A program made the translations under genes and the position numbers. Of a stretch of DNA of 64,000 nucleotides, positions 37,601-47,303 are shown one piece after another. The notes under the pieces are model-generated. The model did no database searches and was not told the DNA's origin. It was given only the letters and a program-made list of their open reading frames with translations. This DNA comes from Cyanobacteria bacterium auto_48_18 (GTDB taxonomy: Bacteria; Cyanobacteriota; Vampirovibrionia; Obscuribacterales; Obscuribacteraceae), in NCBI GenBank assembly GCA_036170915.1, contig JAVHQC010000017.1, positions 10,245-74,244 of the forward strand, in the 5' to 3' direction. Each line of letters starts with the position of its first letter. Positions within the stretch are counted from its first letter, which is position 1.

Positions 37601-39283
37601 AAAATTGCTCAAGGGGCTAAACCTGGTGAAGGCGGGCAACTCCCAGGCCACAAAGTCTCAGATTACATTGCCAAATTGCGCCGCGCCAAAGCTGGTGCAA
37701 GTTTAATTTCTCCACCGCCGCACCACGATATTTATTCTATTGAAGATTTGTCGCAGCTGATTTTTGATTTGCGCCAGGTCAGTCAGAAGGCCCTGATATC
37801 AGTCAAACTTGTAGCCGAAATCGGTATTGGGGCTGTGGCTGCCGGCGTCGCCAAAGCCAATGCCGATATCATTCAAGTATCAGGTAATGATGGTGGCACG
37901 GGTGCCTCTGCTTTGAGTTCCATCAAGCATGCTGGAGCTCCCTGGGAACTCGGTTTAACTGAAGTGCATCAATCTCTGCTCACTAACGATTTGCGCCACC
38001 GAGTGCTATTGAGAGTTGACGGCGGTTTGCGTTCTGGCTGGGAAGTAGTGATGGCGGCCATGATGGGCGCTAACGAATTTGGTTTTGGTTCTATTGCCTT
38101 GATTGCCGAAGGTTGCATCATGGCCCGTGTTTGTCACACCAATAATTGCCCTGTTGGTATCACCAGTCAAAAAGAAAAACTGCGCGAGAAGTTTACCGGC
38201 GTGCCGGATCAAATTGTGGAATTTTTCTTGTTCATTGCTGAAGAAGTACGCTATACCCTGGCTGAACTCGGTTATCGATCACTCCATGACGTGCTTGGGC
38301 GAACAGATTTATTGCAAAGCAAAAGCGAACTCAAACCCCATAAAGTAGAACGCGTCAATCTCAATTATTTGCTCAACACTCACAATAAAGATTTTTCGCA
38401 TACGAAAAATGCCGCATGGAAAAGCCCATCTTTAGAGCCTCATCGTGACCTTGAGAGCTTGACCGACTATATTTTGAGCGAAGATGCTGTGCAAGCTGCC
38501 ATAAAGACTCATGGCACAGTATCTCTTCGTTATACGATTAATAACACTGACAGAAGTGTCGGTGCACGACTGGGTGGTACCCTGGCCAAATTATATGGAG
38601 ATAATGGCTTCCGTGGCCATATTGATCTCAATTTTAGCGGCTCCGCCGGGCAAAGTTTTGGTGCCTTTATTGTTGACAATGTCCGATTAAGCCTCACCGG
38701 TGAAGCCAATGATTATGTAGGCAAAGGCATGAGCGGCGGCGAAATTGCCATAAAATTTGCAGCGCGCTCAAACTTAAAATCATGGCAGAATGTAATCGTT
38801 GGCAACACATGCCTTTATGGCGCTACAGGTGGTGCGCTCTTCTGTGCTGGTCAGGCTGGCGAAAGATTTGCTGTGCGCAACTCTGGTGCTGTGGCTGTGG
38901 TTGAAGGCAGCGGTGACCACTGCTGCGAATATATGACAGGTGGCGCTGTAGTAGTTTTAGGTCAGGTAGGTCGTAACTTTGGTGCCGGCATGACTGGTGG
39001 TCTGGCTTTTGTGCTTGATGCGAAGCAAGAGTTTAGCGAACAATATTGCGGTGAGCCAGACAAAAAATTGCAAAGAGTATCAGGCCCCGCCAGCGATTAT
39101 CTGCATGATTTAATCGAGCGCCATTATCTGGCTACAGGAAGTGTGCGAGCAAAGAGTATTTTGGATAACTTTGCTATTTACTTGCCACAGTTCTGGCAAA
39201 TAGTGCCGCAGGGTGAAGAAGACTATGCATACTCGTTTGAAGGCAGTGGTGGCATGGCTGCCTTGCAATTGAAGATCGGCTAA
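34646..39283 (+). CDS. gltB: Glutamate synthase, ferredoxin-dependent (GlsF/GltB) type
   Basis: DACGVGF (N-terminal Cys), EHRGA, HNGEINT, KSNSGEGGED, GAKPGEGGQLPG, CIMARVCHTNNCP (3Fe-4S), C-terminal GXGXG repeats; no adjacent gltD. Confidence 0.96.
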   Translation: MFESNHINPESDACGVGFVYRPVKSNQAVSDALGALNRMEHRGACGADGITGDGAGILTEIPWQLLAAEDLRASALGMIFLPQADTAFCRQNTERLVEEEGFSTVCWRKVPVDSSALGPLGRATCPVIEQLLLGAPGHWTTEKIEQKLLFARKKIANFFYALGEKYSDYYVASLSSRTVVYKGMVRSYDLARFYRDLANVAYTSQFAVYHRRFSTNTMPKWRLAQPFRMLGHNGEINTLLGNRNWMKCREMVLELGSLPLVSANTSDSGSLDNALELLVKLGRSPESALMQLIPDAAGATIAGALRASAQEQQDLQIAGFYQYFSGIQEPWDGPALIVYSDGLTVGAKLDRNGMRPARYTKLKDGSVFLSSETGVIDLDERQVVQKGRLGPGQMLMVDIKSGQVSEDRAVKIDVAREQPYAKWVVSERLNLGRSSFADQIKLADSDLIGLQTAYGYGNEDIVRIIVAMAATGHETVYSMGDDTPLAVLSSQPRLLYDYFKQRFAQVTNPPIDHLREKLVMSLDTYLGAQCGWLKPSFHGARLVHLSSPILNEGELRQLQELGALKQEVEPEVEDEEELEQELEEELEVTSNFASQTVSLLFNPLEVNLDSALSHVVAASVQAVESGKALLILSDRGVDSERAAIPALMAVGAVHHELIRRGLRLSASLIVETGQCWTTHQFACLFGFGAQAVCPYMALEIVRHSCADAEIKSLVELSNHDAQANFIAAVEEGLQKVLSKMGISSLTSYIGAQIFECIGLSDNVVNRCFTDTPSRIGGLEIEDIEKDVLAFHRKAFPFTHKRLINYGMMSSRPDGEYHGNNPKIVRALHTALGISQKVVSVQERQEEFKRYSALVRERPPLALRDMLTFKSDRPPVALDEVEPAADIVKRFCTGGMSLGALSKEAHEVLAIAMNRLGAKSNSGEGGEDPLRYYPIEDVTADGTSASFPGLRGLKKNDDAGSAVRQVASARFGVTPEYLVTARQLEIKIAQGAKPGEGGQLPGHKVSDYIAKLRRAKAGASLISPPPHHDIYSIEDLSQLIFDLRQVSQKALISVKLVAEIGIGAVAAGVAKANADIIQVSGNDGGTGASALSSIKHAGAPWELGLTEVHQSLLTNDLRHRVLLRVDGGLRSGWEVVMAAMMGANEFGFGSIALIAEGCIMARVCHTNNCPVGITSQKEKLREKFTGVPDQIVEFFLFIAEEVRYTLAELGYRSLHDVLGRTDLLQSKSELKPHKVERVNLNYLLNTHNKDFSHTKNAAWKSPSLEPHRDLESLTDYILSEDAVQAAIKTHGTVSLRYTINNTDRSVGARLGGTLAKLYGDNGFRGHIDLNFSGSAGQSFGAFIVDNVRLSLTGEANDYVGKGMSGGEIAIKFAARSNLKSWQNVIVGNTCLYGATGGALFCAGQAGERFAVRNSGAVAVVEGSGDHCCEYMTGGAVVVLGQVGRNFGAGMTGGLAFVLDAKQEFSEQYCGEPDKKLQRVSGPASDYLHDLIERHYLATGSVRAKSILDNFAIYLPQFWQIVPQGEEDYAYSFEGSGGMAALQLKIG

Positions 39284-39285
39284 AT

Positions 39286-40533
39286 ATGAATTTGAATATT
39301 AATCCTGGAGATACAGCCTGGGTCTTGATGTCTTCATCGCTGGTGATGCTCATGACTCCGGCTATAGGCTTGTTCTACGGAGGCATGGTGGAGCGCAAAA
39401 ATTTGCTCTCTTGCATCATGCTTGCTTTTGGCACTCTACTCATTGTCACCATCCAATGGGTGCTTTTTGGCTATTCACTATCATTTGGCAGTGACACTGC
39501 TCCTCTGATTGGTGACCTCCGCTGGTGTGGCTTAACCGGTATCGGCATAGCCGACACCACTGGCTATGCGCCGCAAATTCCACACCTGGCTTTCATGCTT
39601 TTTCAAATGAAATTTGCCATTATCACTCCGGCCATTATTGCTGGTGCGTTCGTTGAGCGAGTACGCTTCAAATCTTTCATGTTATTCACTTTGCTCTGGA
39701 CCACTCTTATTTATGATCCGGTTGCTCACTGGGTTTGGGGTGATGGTGGCTGGCTTAAAAAACTCGGTTCACTTGATTTTGCTGGTGGCACAGTTGTGCA
39801 CATTACTGCCGGCGTGGCCGCACTCGCTATGTGTATTGCCTTGCGAAGAAAAAAGCGGGCCGTTGATGGTCGCTTTCAGCCTGACAGCGTACCGTTAACC
39901 TTATTTGGCGCTGTGCTGCTCTGGTTTGGTTGGTTCGGCTTTAACGGCGGCAGCGCGCTGGGAGCCAATGCGGCGGCGGCGCAGGCACTGGTTACAACAA
40001 CTGTGGCAGCTGCGGCCGCTGCGCTCACCTGGATGGCAATCAGCGCCCGCGAAGGCAAGAACACCGCTGTTGGTGCTGCTACCGGGGCAGTGGTAGGGCT
40101 TGTGGCTATTACTCCGGCCTGCGGCTATGTCGATGTGGCCGCCGCTATGGTCATTGGTGCCATAGGCGCGGTGGTGGCATTTTTCTCAATCAAGCTTTCG
40201 GAAAAATTGAAAATCCAAGACTCTCTTGATGTCTGTGCTTGCCATGGTATGGCCGGCACCTGGGGCGCGCTGGCCACAGGAATTTTCGCCAGCAAAGCAA
40301 TTAATCCGGCCGGCGCTAACGGCTTGCTTCACGGTAGTACCGATCTATTCGTGGCCCAAGTAATATCTGTCTTAGCGGTTTGGATTTTTACTTTCGGCGG
40401 CACTTACGCGCTGGCCAAAATCATTGATCGTTTTATGCATTTCACTGCTAGTGAGTCTGAACAAGAACTTGGACTCGACCTGTTTCATCTGGCCGATGAG
40501 ACCACAGACCGGGAGCCGGTGCACTCTTACTGA
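39286..40533 (+). CDS. amtB: Ammonium transporter
   Basis: GDTAWVL; FQMKFAIITP; DFAGGTVVH; WFGWFGFNGGS; AITPACG; CHG. Confidence 0.96.
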   Translation: MNLNINPGDTAWVLMSSSLVMLMTPAIGLFYGGMVERKNLLSCIMLAFGTLLIVTIQWVLFGYSLSFGSDTAPLIGDLRWCGLTGIGIADTTGYAPQIPHLAFMLFQMKFAIITPAIIAGAFVERVRFKSFMLFTLLWTTLIYDPVAHWVWGDGGWLKKLGSLDFAGGTVVHITAGVAALAMCIALRRKKRAVDGRFQPDSVPLTLFGAVLLWFGWFGFNGGSALGANAAAAQALVTTTVAAAAAALTWMAISAREGKNTAVGAATGAVVGLVAITPACGYVDVAAAMVIGAIGAVVAFFSIKLSEKLKIQDSLDVCACHGMAGTWGALATGIFASKAINPAGANGLLHGSTDLFVAQVISVLAVWIFTFGGTYALAKIIDRFMHFTASESEQELGLDLFHLADETTDREPVHSY

Positions 40534-40579
40534 GCTGATACATAGTTGAAGTCGAGAATCTTCGTCGCTCATGCTCTGC

Positions 40580-41851
40580 CTAATTCACGGTTGCTGCAAC
40601 AACTTCCGTCTCACTGGGCAAAACCAAAGGCTTCTCGGCAAAGACTCCTTCCCACCGTGCCACCACCACTGATGCCAGGCAATTGCCCAGTACGTTGACT
40701 GATGTGCGCGCCATGTCCATGAGTGTGTCTACGCCTAAGATTAGTGCCACCCCTGCCAGGGGCAGATCGAATGTTGCTAGTGTGCCTGCCAAGATCACCA
40801 GTGAGGCTCTCGGTACAGCGGCCACACCTTTGCTGGTTAACATTAGAGTCAGCATCATCAATATTTGTTTTTCAATCGACATTTGCACACCCGCAGCCTG
40901 AGCCACAAACACTGCGGCCAGTGATAAATAGAGAGTGGTGCCGTCTAAATTAAATGTATAACCGAGGGGCAAAACAAAGCTGACGATGGGCCGCGGTACT
41001 CCCAGAGCTTCCATGTTTTGCAAAGCTTTCGGTAGGGCCGCTTCAGAACTGGTGGTTGAAAATGCAATTAAGAAAGGCTCTTTTACCGCAGCTGCAAAAC
41101 GTTTAAGCGGTACTTTTGCAATCAGTGCTACTGGTAAAAGTACACAGGTAATGAAAATAAATAGGGCAAGGTACAGCGTGCCAACCAGCTTACCGAGAGA
41201 GAAGAGCACCAATAATCCGTGTTTGCCAACGGTGCTGGCCATGGCACAGGCGACGCCAATGGGTGCTACTTTCATTACATAGCCTGTATATTTGAACATC
41301 ACTTCTGCCAGGCTCTGACAGAGATCAACTATTTGCGTCGCTCTAGCGGCTTTGACACCAAGGGCAAAAATGATTGTGAAAACTACAATCTGTAAAACGT
41401 CTCCGCGAGCCATAGAATCAATCACACTGGTGGGGAAAATATGAGTAATCAAATCTCCCACACTGGGTTTTTTCGCTAGCAGATCCTGGGCCTCGCCGCT
41501 ATTGAGCGCACTCAAATCAATGCCGGCACCTGGCTGACAAATATTAACCACTAGCAGACCAACAGCCAGAGCAAAGGTAGTAATTACTTCAAAATAAATC
41601 AAACATTTGAGACCGACTCGGCCCACTGAAAACGCACCGCTGGAGTTATCGAGGTCACCATGTCCGTGACCACCAGCGATACCAACAACTAAAGTGGAAA
41701 ACACCAGTGGAGCGATAATAGTTTTGATCAAATGTAAAAAGATATCTGCGCCGGGAGCCGATGCCATGCCGATGTGGGGCCATTGCCAGCCCACTAAGAT
41801 ACCCAGGGCCAGACCGATGAAAATCTGAGTGGTCAGGGCCGGTGCTTTCAT
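40580..41851 (-). CDS. Dicarboxylate/amino acid:cation symporter (DAACS, GltP/DctA family)
   Basis: FSTTSSEAALP; GYTFNLDGT; TSKGVAAVP; DMARTSVNVLGN. Confidence 0.93.
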   Translation of the reverse strand: MKAPALTTQIFIGLALGILVGWQWPHIGMASAPGADIFLHLIKTIIAPLVFSTLVVGIAGGHGHGDLDNSSGAFSVGRVGLKCLIYFEVITTFALAVGLLVVNICQPGAGIDLSALNSGEAQDLLAKKPSVGDLITHIFPTSVIDSMARGDVLQIVVFTIIFALGVKAARATQIVDLCQSLAEVMFKYTGYVMKVAPIGVACAMASTVGKHGLLVLFSLGKLVGTLYLALFIFITCVLLPVALIAKVPLKRFAAAVKEPFLIAFSTTSSEAALPKALQNMEALGVPRPIVSFVLPLGYTFNLDGTTLYLSLAAVFVAQAAGVQMSIEKQILMMLTLMLTSKGVAAVPRASLVILAGTLATFDLPLAGVALILGVDTLMDMARTSVNVLGNCLASVVVARWEGVFAEKPLVLPSETEVVAATVN

Positions 41852-41886
41852 TGACAAAAATCCTGTTTGCGAATTACTTGAGATGC

Positions 41887-44085
41887 CTAGCTGAGAGTCA
41901 AAATCTCCAGACCACGACCGCCTAATACTGCCAATTGATCTCTTATAGCTACTGAAGAAACTCCTTCAATAGCTGGAAGAGTGGCAATGATTTGTGGAGC
42001 GCTGGGTTTTTCAAAACTAATAATCGTGGCCACGTCTTTGCCGTCAAAACCGCGACCTACAGCCACTGCCCGCGTGCCCTGGCAGCCAAGGGCGAGACCA
42101 TCATGCGGTAAATCAATGGTGCCAAGTACATGCAAATCTTTGTCATTTCTTTTTAAAACCAAAAAGAATCCTTTTGAATTTTGATCAATAGCCGTGACTA
42201 AAATTGCTTCATCGGCAAAAGCAATATCGCGCACTGCCAGGTTTTCAAAATGTCTCATGCCAATTAATTCCATGCCGGCAGCATTGATTTCTTTGTCTCT
42301 GATTTCTTTTTCTTTGGCGTCTTTGCTTGCTGTTTTTGCACTGCTTGCGCTGTTGAAAGCGTTCACTACTGGCTTTACCACAGAATTAACCGCAGAGCTA
42401 ACGGCAGAATCTACTGGGCTGGCACTGCCGCTGCCACTAGCATTGCCTGTGCCTAATGGGCCGTATATAGCAATATCATTCAATCCACCCAGCATCAGCT
42501 GACCTTTAGAAGCCTGACAGCGGCTGTATATTCCAGGTACTTCAAATGGTTTCAATTGTTCCAATTTGTCTGTGAAAACTTTTAGCGGCTGAACCCGTGT
42601 GGTTTTGTCCAAAAATTTGATGGCGTAAGCGCGCATCTGTCCGATATCAAAACAAAGTTGGTTGGCTTGCAATTTAGAAGTGGTGACCACATTTTGCAGG
42701 CTGTCCATTTTGCGCAACGAGAGATCTTCTTTCGTTAAACATAAGACAAAACTACCGGCACCAACCATGGCTCTAATGGCCTGGGAGGGAGCGGCTGAAT
42801 TCATCATTATTGGGCGCTCCGGGCGGCCGACGTTATAGAGCTGCAAATCACTTCCGGCAAGCACCACCAGGTCTTTGTACACTGCTACACCAGCGGCCGC
42901 CAACTTTGGAATGCTGTATGAAGAAGTAATTGCCCAGGCACTGTCTTTGCCACGGGTGAGCAGTTGCACACCTGACCAGCCGGTGGCCACATAAGCAGAC
43001 ATGTCGCGCATTACAACAGAGCAATTTTTGCCGCCATCATTTTTGCCCACAGGCATCTTAATCACTTGTTCCACAGAGGCGTTGCGAGCACGATCCAGTA
43101 CTAGAGAGATTACCTGTCTATCGCCTCTGCTGCGGCCGACCACAAGAAAACGATCTTTTTGGGCTGCGGCCGATTCCACAGTGCTGACTTGATCTAGCGC
43201 CAGTTTCGACAATAACTTTGGTGCCACACCACCCATCAACAGCTGAGCCTGGCAAGCTTTTGTTTTGCCACTGCCATCGGTGCCTGCGATTAAAATCATT
43301 TCTTTAAAGCGAGCTATAACTCGATAATCGCCTTCAACAGTAATTGATTTTGTAATTTCAGGAGTGTCCGATGTGCTCAAATTGACAAAGTCAATTTGAG
43401 ATTTGGCGCCGCCGTTGGCCGACGTCAGAATAATCAGTTGCTTGTCGGCTATGTCAATGGCACGCACTGGCATTTGCGTTGACATACTCGAGATGAAAGT
43501 GGGTTCTTTAGCACCACGTTTGGCACTGTAAATTGAAACTAGATTCTCGCCACTGCTGGTGATACCGCTGACACAAATCAAATCGTTAGCGCTGCAGATG
43601 TTGCCCGCTTCGTTATAGCGACCGAGGCGAATGTCGCTCAATATTGACGGCGATTCAATGGGGGTGAGCGAGACTGATACCAGATTCACCACCGCTTCGT
43701 TCTGCTCGCCTTCTTTGTAGGTTAGGCCGTAAGCGGCATAGGGTGTAACGGCAAAATCTACCATTTTGTTGCCGAGGCCGGAGAGTTCGGCCACAACTTT
43801 AACGGGCGTTTTGAGCGAAACCGGTTTGCGCATGTCGACTACGGCCAGCCGGCCGAATTCGTCGGTAAAACAAATGTAGCCTTTATCGGCTAAGCCAACG
43901 TGATCAGGCACAATCGCCGGTGCCCATTCTTCACGTGAAAGAGTGTGCGGCCCGCGAATAGTAGGGCTGCGCGGAGTCTTTTTAGCGAAGGCGGGTAAAT
44001 CACCTAACTGGTCTATAAGTAGTAGGGTGCCGCAGGTCCACGACAATGATCCAAAAAGGAAGGAACGTCTAGATTGCATTGCCAA
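41887..44085 (-). CDS. Putative Tat-exported beta-propeller (LVIVD-like repeat) protein
   Basis: SRRSFL twin-arginine motif; repeated beta-strand units (AYVATGWSGVQLL, LAVLGGRGLEIL). Confidence 0.65.
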   Translation of the reverse strand: MAMQSRRSFLFGSLSWTCGTLLLIDQLGDLPAFAKKTPRSPTIRGPHTLSREEWAPAIVPDHVGLADKGYICFTDEFGRLAVVDMRKPVSLKTPVKVVAELSGLGNKMVDFAVTPYAAYGLTYKEGEQNEAVVNLVSVSLTPIESPSILSDIRLGRYNEAGNICSANDLICVSGITSSGENLVSIYSAKRGAKEPTFISSMSTQMPVRAIDIADKQLIILTSANGGAKSQIDFVNLSTSDTPEITKSITVEGDYRVIARFKEMILIAGTDGSGKTKACQAQLLMGGVAPKLLSKLALDQVSTVESAAAQKDRFLVVGRSRGDRQVISLVLDRARNASVEQVIKMPVGKNDGGKNCSVVMRDMSAYVATGWSGVQLLTRGKDSAWAITSSYSIPKLAAAGVAVYKDLVVLAGSDLQLYNVGRPERPIMMNSAAPSQAIRAMVGAGSFVLCLTKEDLSLRKMDSLQNVVTTSKLQANQLCFDIGQMRAYAIKFLDKTTRVQPLKVFTDKLEQLKPFEVPGIYSRCQASKGQLMLGGLNDIAIYGPLGTGNASGSGSASPVDSAVSSAVNSVVKPVVNAFNSASSAKTASKDAKEKEIRDKEINAAGMELIGMRHFENLAVRDIAFADEAILVTAIDQNSKGFFLVLKRNDKDLHVLGTIDLPHDGLALGCQGTRAVAVGRGFDGKDVATIISFEKPSAPQIIATLPAIEGVSSVAIRDQLAVLGGRGLEILTLS

Positions 44086-44131
44086 TTTGTTGTAGCGCTT
44101 TCTTTGAAGGATAAAAGTAAACGGTCACACT

Positions 44132-44392
44132 TTAGTGACTGAGTAGCATGTGGGCAAAATTGGCCACCACATTAAGTAGCATCCACAGCACAATCGGTGA
44201 AAGGTCCATGCCCCCAATGGGCGGCACCACTTTTTGAATGGGAGCCAAAATCGGGCGCATGACGTTGTTCAAGGTGACGAAAGGCTGTTGTTGCCAGTTG
44301 ATATTGGGAAACCAGGAGAGCAGGCACCAGACAAATAGTGACATACTGATCAGGCTGACAACGCCGTCTATAATTTGCAAAACTGGGTTCAT
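44132..44392 (-). CDS. yggT: YggT family membrane protein
   Basis: LLSWFPNINW...PILAPIQKVVPPIGGMDLSPIV; ATG 44392. Confidence 0.9.
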   Translation of the reverse strand: MNPVLQIIDGVVSLISMSLFVWCLLSWFPNINWQQQPFVTLNNVMRPILAPIQKVVPPIGGMDLSPIVLWMLLNVVANFAHMLLSH

Positions 44393-44464
44393 AACAACAC
44401 CGCGCAAAACTAGGGTATTAAGCGAAATTGTAGCATTTTTGATCAATAGTTACGTTGAGTTGAG

Positions 44465-45499
44465 TTGGTTGTGGTCACTAGAGAACAGGCACTAGTAAAG
44501 AAGATCAAAGAGTGGACCGGCAGCACGCAAATAGGCGATGACTGTGCCGTTCTGGAAGGCGGCATGCTGGTTAGCACCGACACCCTGGTGGAAGGCACGC
44601 ATTTTCGCCTAGATTGCATCGACTGGCGCCGTCTGGGTTGGCGCAGTTGCGCCGTCAATTTAAGCGATATCGCCGCCATGGCGGGCCGGCCGCGTTATTT
44701 GACCGTGGCTCTGACGCTGCCCCGAGCTGAAGCAGGCTCAGCAGCCGATCAGCAAATGCAGAGCAATTTAGAGCAGTTCTATGGCGGTTTCACAGCCTGC
44801 GCCAGCCTTTATCAGGCTCAAATTGTGGGCGGCGACCTGACTGTGGGCGAACATGTCATTGTGAACGTCACTGCTATCGGCGCCGGTCATGCAGCGGGCA
44901 CGCTTCGGCGCAGTGGTGCCAGGGTCGGTGACGTAGTAGTCGTCACTGGTGTTTTTGGCGCCAGTGCTGCCGGTTTGCAAATTTTGCTCAGTGAAAATAC
45001 TAGTGCGAAATCAAAATATAGTGAGCTGGTAACCGCCCATCTTGAGCCAAAACCAAGATTATGCGAATCATGGGCCCTGGTGCGAATCACCGGAGAACGC
45101 GGCGCACTGATGGATGCCAGTGATGGTCTGGCGGACGCCCTTTATCAAGTAGCCGAACAATCAAGTGTTGATTTTGATATAGACCTGAGCGCCATTCCTA
45201 TCAGTGGGGCTACGCTGGAATACGCAGCTAGCGTGGACAGAAGCGCTGATGCGATTGAATGGGCTCTTTATGGGGGCGAAGATTATGAGCTGGTGGCGAC
45301 GATGGCCGCAGATTTATGGGAAGCCCAGAGCCAGGCTGATTTTCCCTTTAAGAAGATTGGAGTTGTAGTTGAGAGGTCGGCGGCCTCCACCAATATTGAA
45401 GTAAATCAGCCTACCATCAGGCTATTAGAAAATGGCGCCGTGAGCAAAAGTAACTCTGGTGTAGTGGACTTAAACCATTGCTTTAAGCATTTCTGCTAG
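44465..45499 (+). CDS. thiL: Thiamine-phosphate kinase
   Basis: IGDDCAV; DTLVEGTHF; NLSDIAAM; GGD; MDASDGL; GGEDYEL. Confidence 0.95.
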   Translation: MVVVTREQALVKKIKEWTGSTQIGDDCAVLEGGMLVSTDTLVEGTHFRLDCIDWRRLGWRSCAVNLSDIAAMAGRPRYLTVALTLPRAEAGSAADQQMQSNLEQFYGGFTACASLYQAQIVGGDLTVGEHVIVNVTAIGAGHAAGTLRRSGARVGDVVVVTGVFGASAAGLQILLSENTSAKSKYSELVTAHLEPKPRLCESWALVRITGERGALMDASDGLADALYQVAEQSSVDFDIDLSAIPISGATLEYAASVDRSADAIEWALYGGEDYELVATMAADLWEAQSQADFPFKKIGVVVERSAASTNIEVNQPTIRLLENGAVSKSNSGVVDLNHCFKHFC

Positions 45500-45528
45500 A
45501 TTTGATACTCTAAAATTTTGCGAGATTA

Positions 45529-46434
45529 TTGATGGATTCACCAAACACAACTCTGGCCGACCCTAAAATTATTGACGGCAAAGATATTTCACAGGCAGTC
45601 AAGAGTGAGCTTGCTCTTGCCGTAGCTGAAGCGATCAAAGGCAAAACCCGCAAACCCGGGCTGGCGGTGGTGTTGGTGGGCGACAATCCGGCTTCAAAAG
45701 CCTATGTCAAAAGCAAAATAGCCGCCTGCAAGGCTGTAGGCATCGAAAGTTTTCTCATTGAGCTGCCTGCTGATACGGCACAAGCAGTGGTGGCCGAACA
45801 GGTCAAAGCCTTGAATCTTGACCAGAAGGTAGACGGCATACTTGTGCAATTGCCTCTGCCAAAACAAATTTCATCTGCTGCCATCCTGGCTTTGATTGAT
45901 CCTGCCAAAGATGTAGACGGCCTCTGCGCTGTTAATGCTGGTCTGCTTTTGCAAGGGGCGGATGGGCTATTTCCCTGCACTCCCCTTGGCGTGATGCGGC
46001 TTCTGGCTCACCACAAAGTGGCACTGTCGGGCAAGAATGCCGTGGTTGTTGGGCGCTCACACCTGGTGGGAAAACCACTGGCGATGATGCTTTTGCAAGA
46101 AAATGCCACTGTCACCATTTGCCACAGCAAAACTGCCAATCTGCCCGAAGTCTGTCGCCAGGCTGATGTGCTTGTAGCTGCGTGCGGCCAGGCGGAAATG
46201 GTCAAAGGCTCTTGGGTCAAGCCTGGGGCTGTGGTTATCGATGTAGGCATCAATCGAGTTGATAGCGCTGATGGAAAAGGCCGGCTGGTGGGCGACGTTG
46301 CTTACAGTGAAGCTTACGAACACGCCAGTTTAATTACACCAGTGCCGGGCGGCGTGGGCCCCATGACTGTGGCAATGCTTCTCAGTAATACCCTGAAGGC
46401 TTTCAACAGCCGTATGGGCGTCGAATCCAAATAG
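45529..46434 (+). CDS. folD: Bifunctional methylene-THF dehydrogenase/cyclohydrolase
   Basis: GILVQLPLP; KDVDG; PCTP; GRSHLVGKP; TPVPGGVGPMT. Confidence 0.97.
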   Translation: MMDSPNTTLADPKIIDGKDISQAVKSELALAVAEAIKGKTRKPGLAVVLVGDNPASKAYVKSKIAACKAVGIESFLIELPADTAQAVVAEQVKALNLDQKVDGILVQLPLPKQISSAAILALIDPAKDVDGLCAVNAGLLLQGADGLFPCTPLGVMRLLAHHKVALSGKNAVVVGRSHLVGKPLAMMLLQENATVTICHSKTANLPEVCRQADVLVAACGQAEMVKGSWVKPGAVVIDVGINRVDSADGKGRLVGDVAYSEAYEHASLITPVPGGVGPMTVAMLLSNTLKAFNSRMGVESK

Positions 46435-46436
46435 AA

Positions 46437-47048
46437 ATGACCAGCCTCTCTTCAGACGCGGGTGCACCGCTTTTAAAAATCACCACTCCGGTAAAAATGC
46501 TTGCCGCATTGGCTGCTTTTTGCATCATTGCTGCAGCGGTCTCGGGAGTTTGGGGCATTGTCATGATGCGTGATTTTTTTAAAAAATCTGTCAACCCGCA
46601 AGCCATGAGCGAGGTCAGCACCTATATCACCGGCAGCGCCGACCCATTGCCTGGTTTTACCAAAGTGATGGCCGCCAGCATAAACCCTGGTGCAGTGGTG
46701 TTCTTGCAGTCACCTGACCATACAGAAGTTCTCTTCTGGCGCTATCAGCGTTCTAGCGTGGTAGATCCTGATGAAGAACTTGAGCGGATGTACGATAACG
46801 GCATCTGGACACCAACAAAATGGGCCCATTTTCAATCTGCGGCCAAGGCCAGCAAAAAGGAAATTGACGGCCGCACAATTACCTACTGGCAGGGGCGGCT
46901 CAAAGATCAGGACGGAACGATTTATGAAGGGCTAATTGCCTGCCTGGCTGAAGGCAAAATGGTGCGCATTATTGAGGTAATTCAGCCTTCCGACCGTCCC
47001 TTTGATACCAATAAAGCGCTTGGTTGGCTGGCTCAGATTGGAAGATAG
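46437..47048 (+). CDS. Hypothetical membrane-anchored protein
   Basis: One N-terminal TM; directly follows folD. Confidence 0.7.
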   Translation: MTSLSSDAGAPLLKITTPVKMLAALAAFCIIAAAVSGVWGIVMMRDFFKKSVNPQAMSEVSTYITGSADPLPGFTKVMAASINPGAVVFLQSPDHTEVLFWRYQRSSVVDPDEELERMYDNGIWTPTKWAHFQSAAKASKKEIDGRTITYWQGRLKDQDGTIYEGLIACLAEGKMVRIIEVIQPSDRPFDTNKALGWLAQIGR

Positions 47049-47142
47049 GCAGCCAAGCGCTTATACTAAAACCAGATTGCCCACTTTTGAATTTTTCGAT
47101 TTTTTGCGATTTTATTGATTTTGTTTAGGAGATTTGCCGGAT

Positions 47143-47295
47143 ATGAGCGCAGAGACACACAGCGACCCTTCCAAAAACTGGTTGATCGCTTTCATGGTGG
47201 CATTTATGTGCACTGTGTTTGCCATTGGCGTATGGGCTATGATGAATTATCACGTCGATGCAGTTGAAGCACCTGCTGCCGCCGGCCACCACTAA
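47143..47295 (+). CDS. Small single-TM protein (50 aa), not in the ORF track
   Basis: AGGAG upstream; MSAETHSDPSKNWLIAFMVAFMCTVFAIGVWAMMNYHVDAVEAPAAAGHH*; stops 8 bp before cinA. Confidence 0.7.
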   Translation: MSAETHSDPSKNWLIAFMVAFMCTVFAIGVWAMMNYHVDAVEAPAAAGHH

Positions 47296-47303
47296 GGCAA
47301 ACC

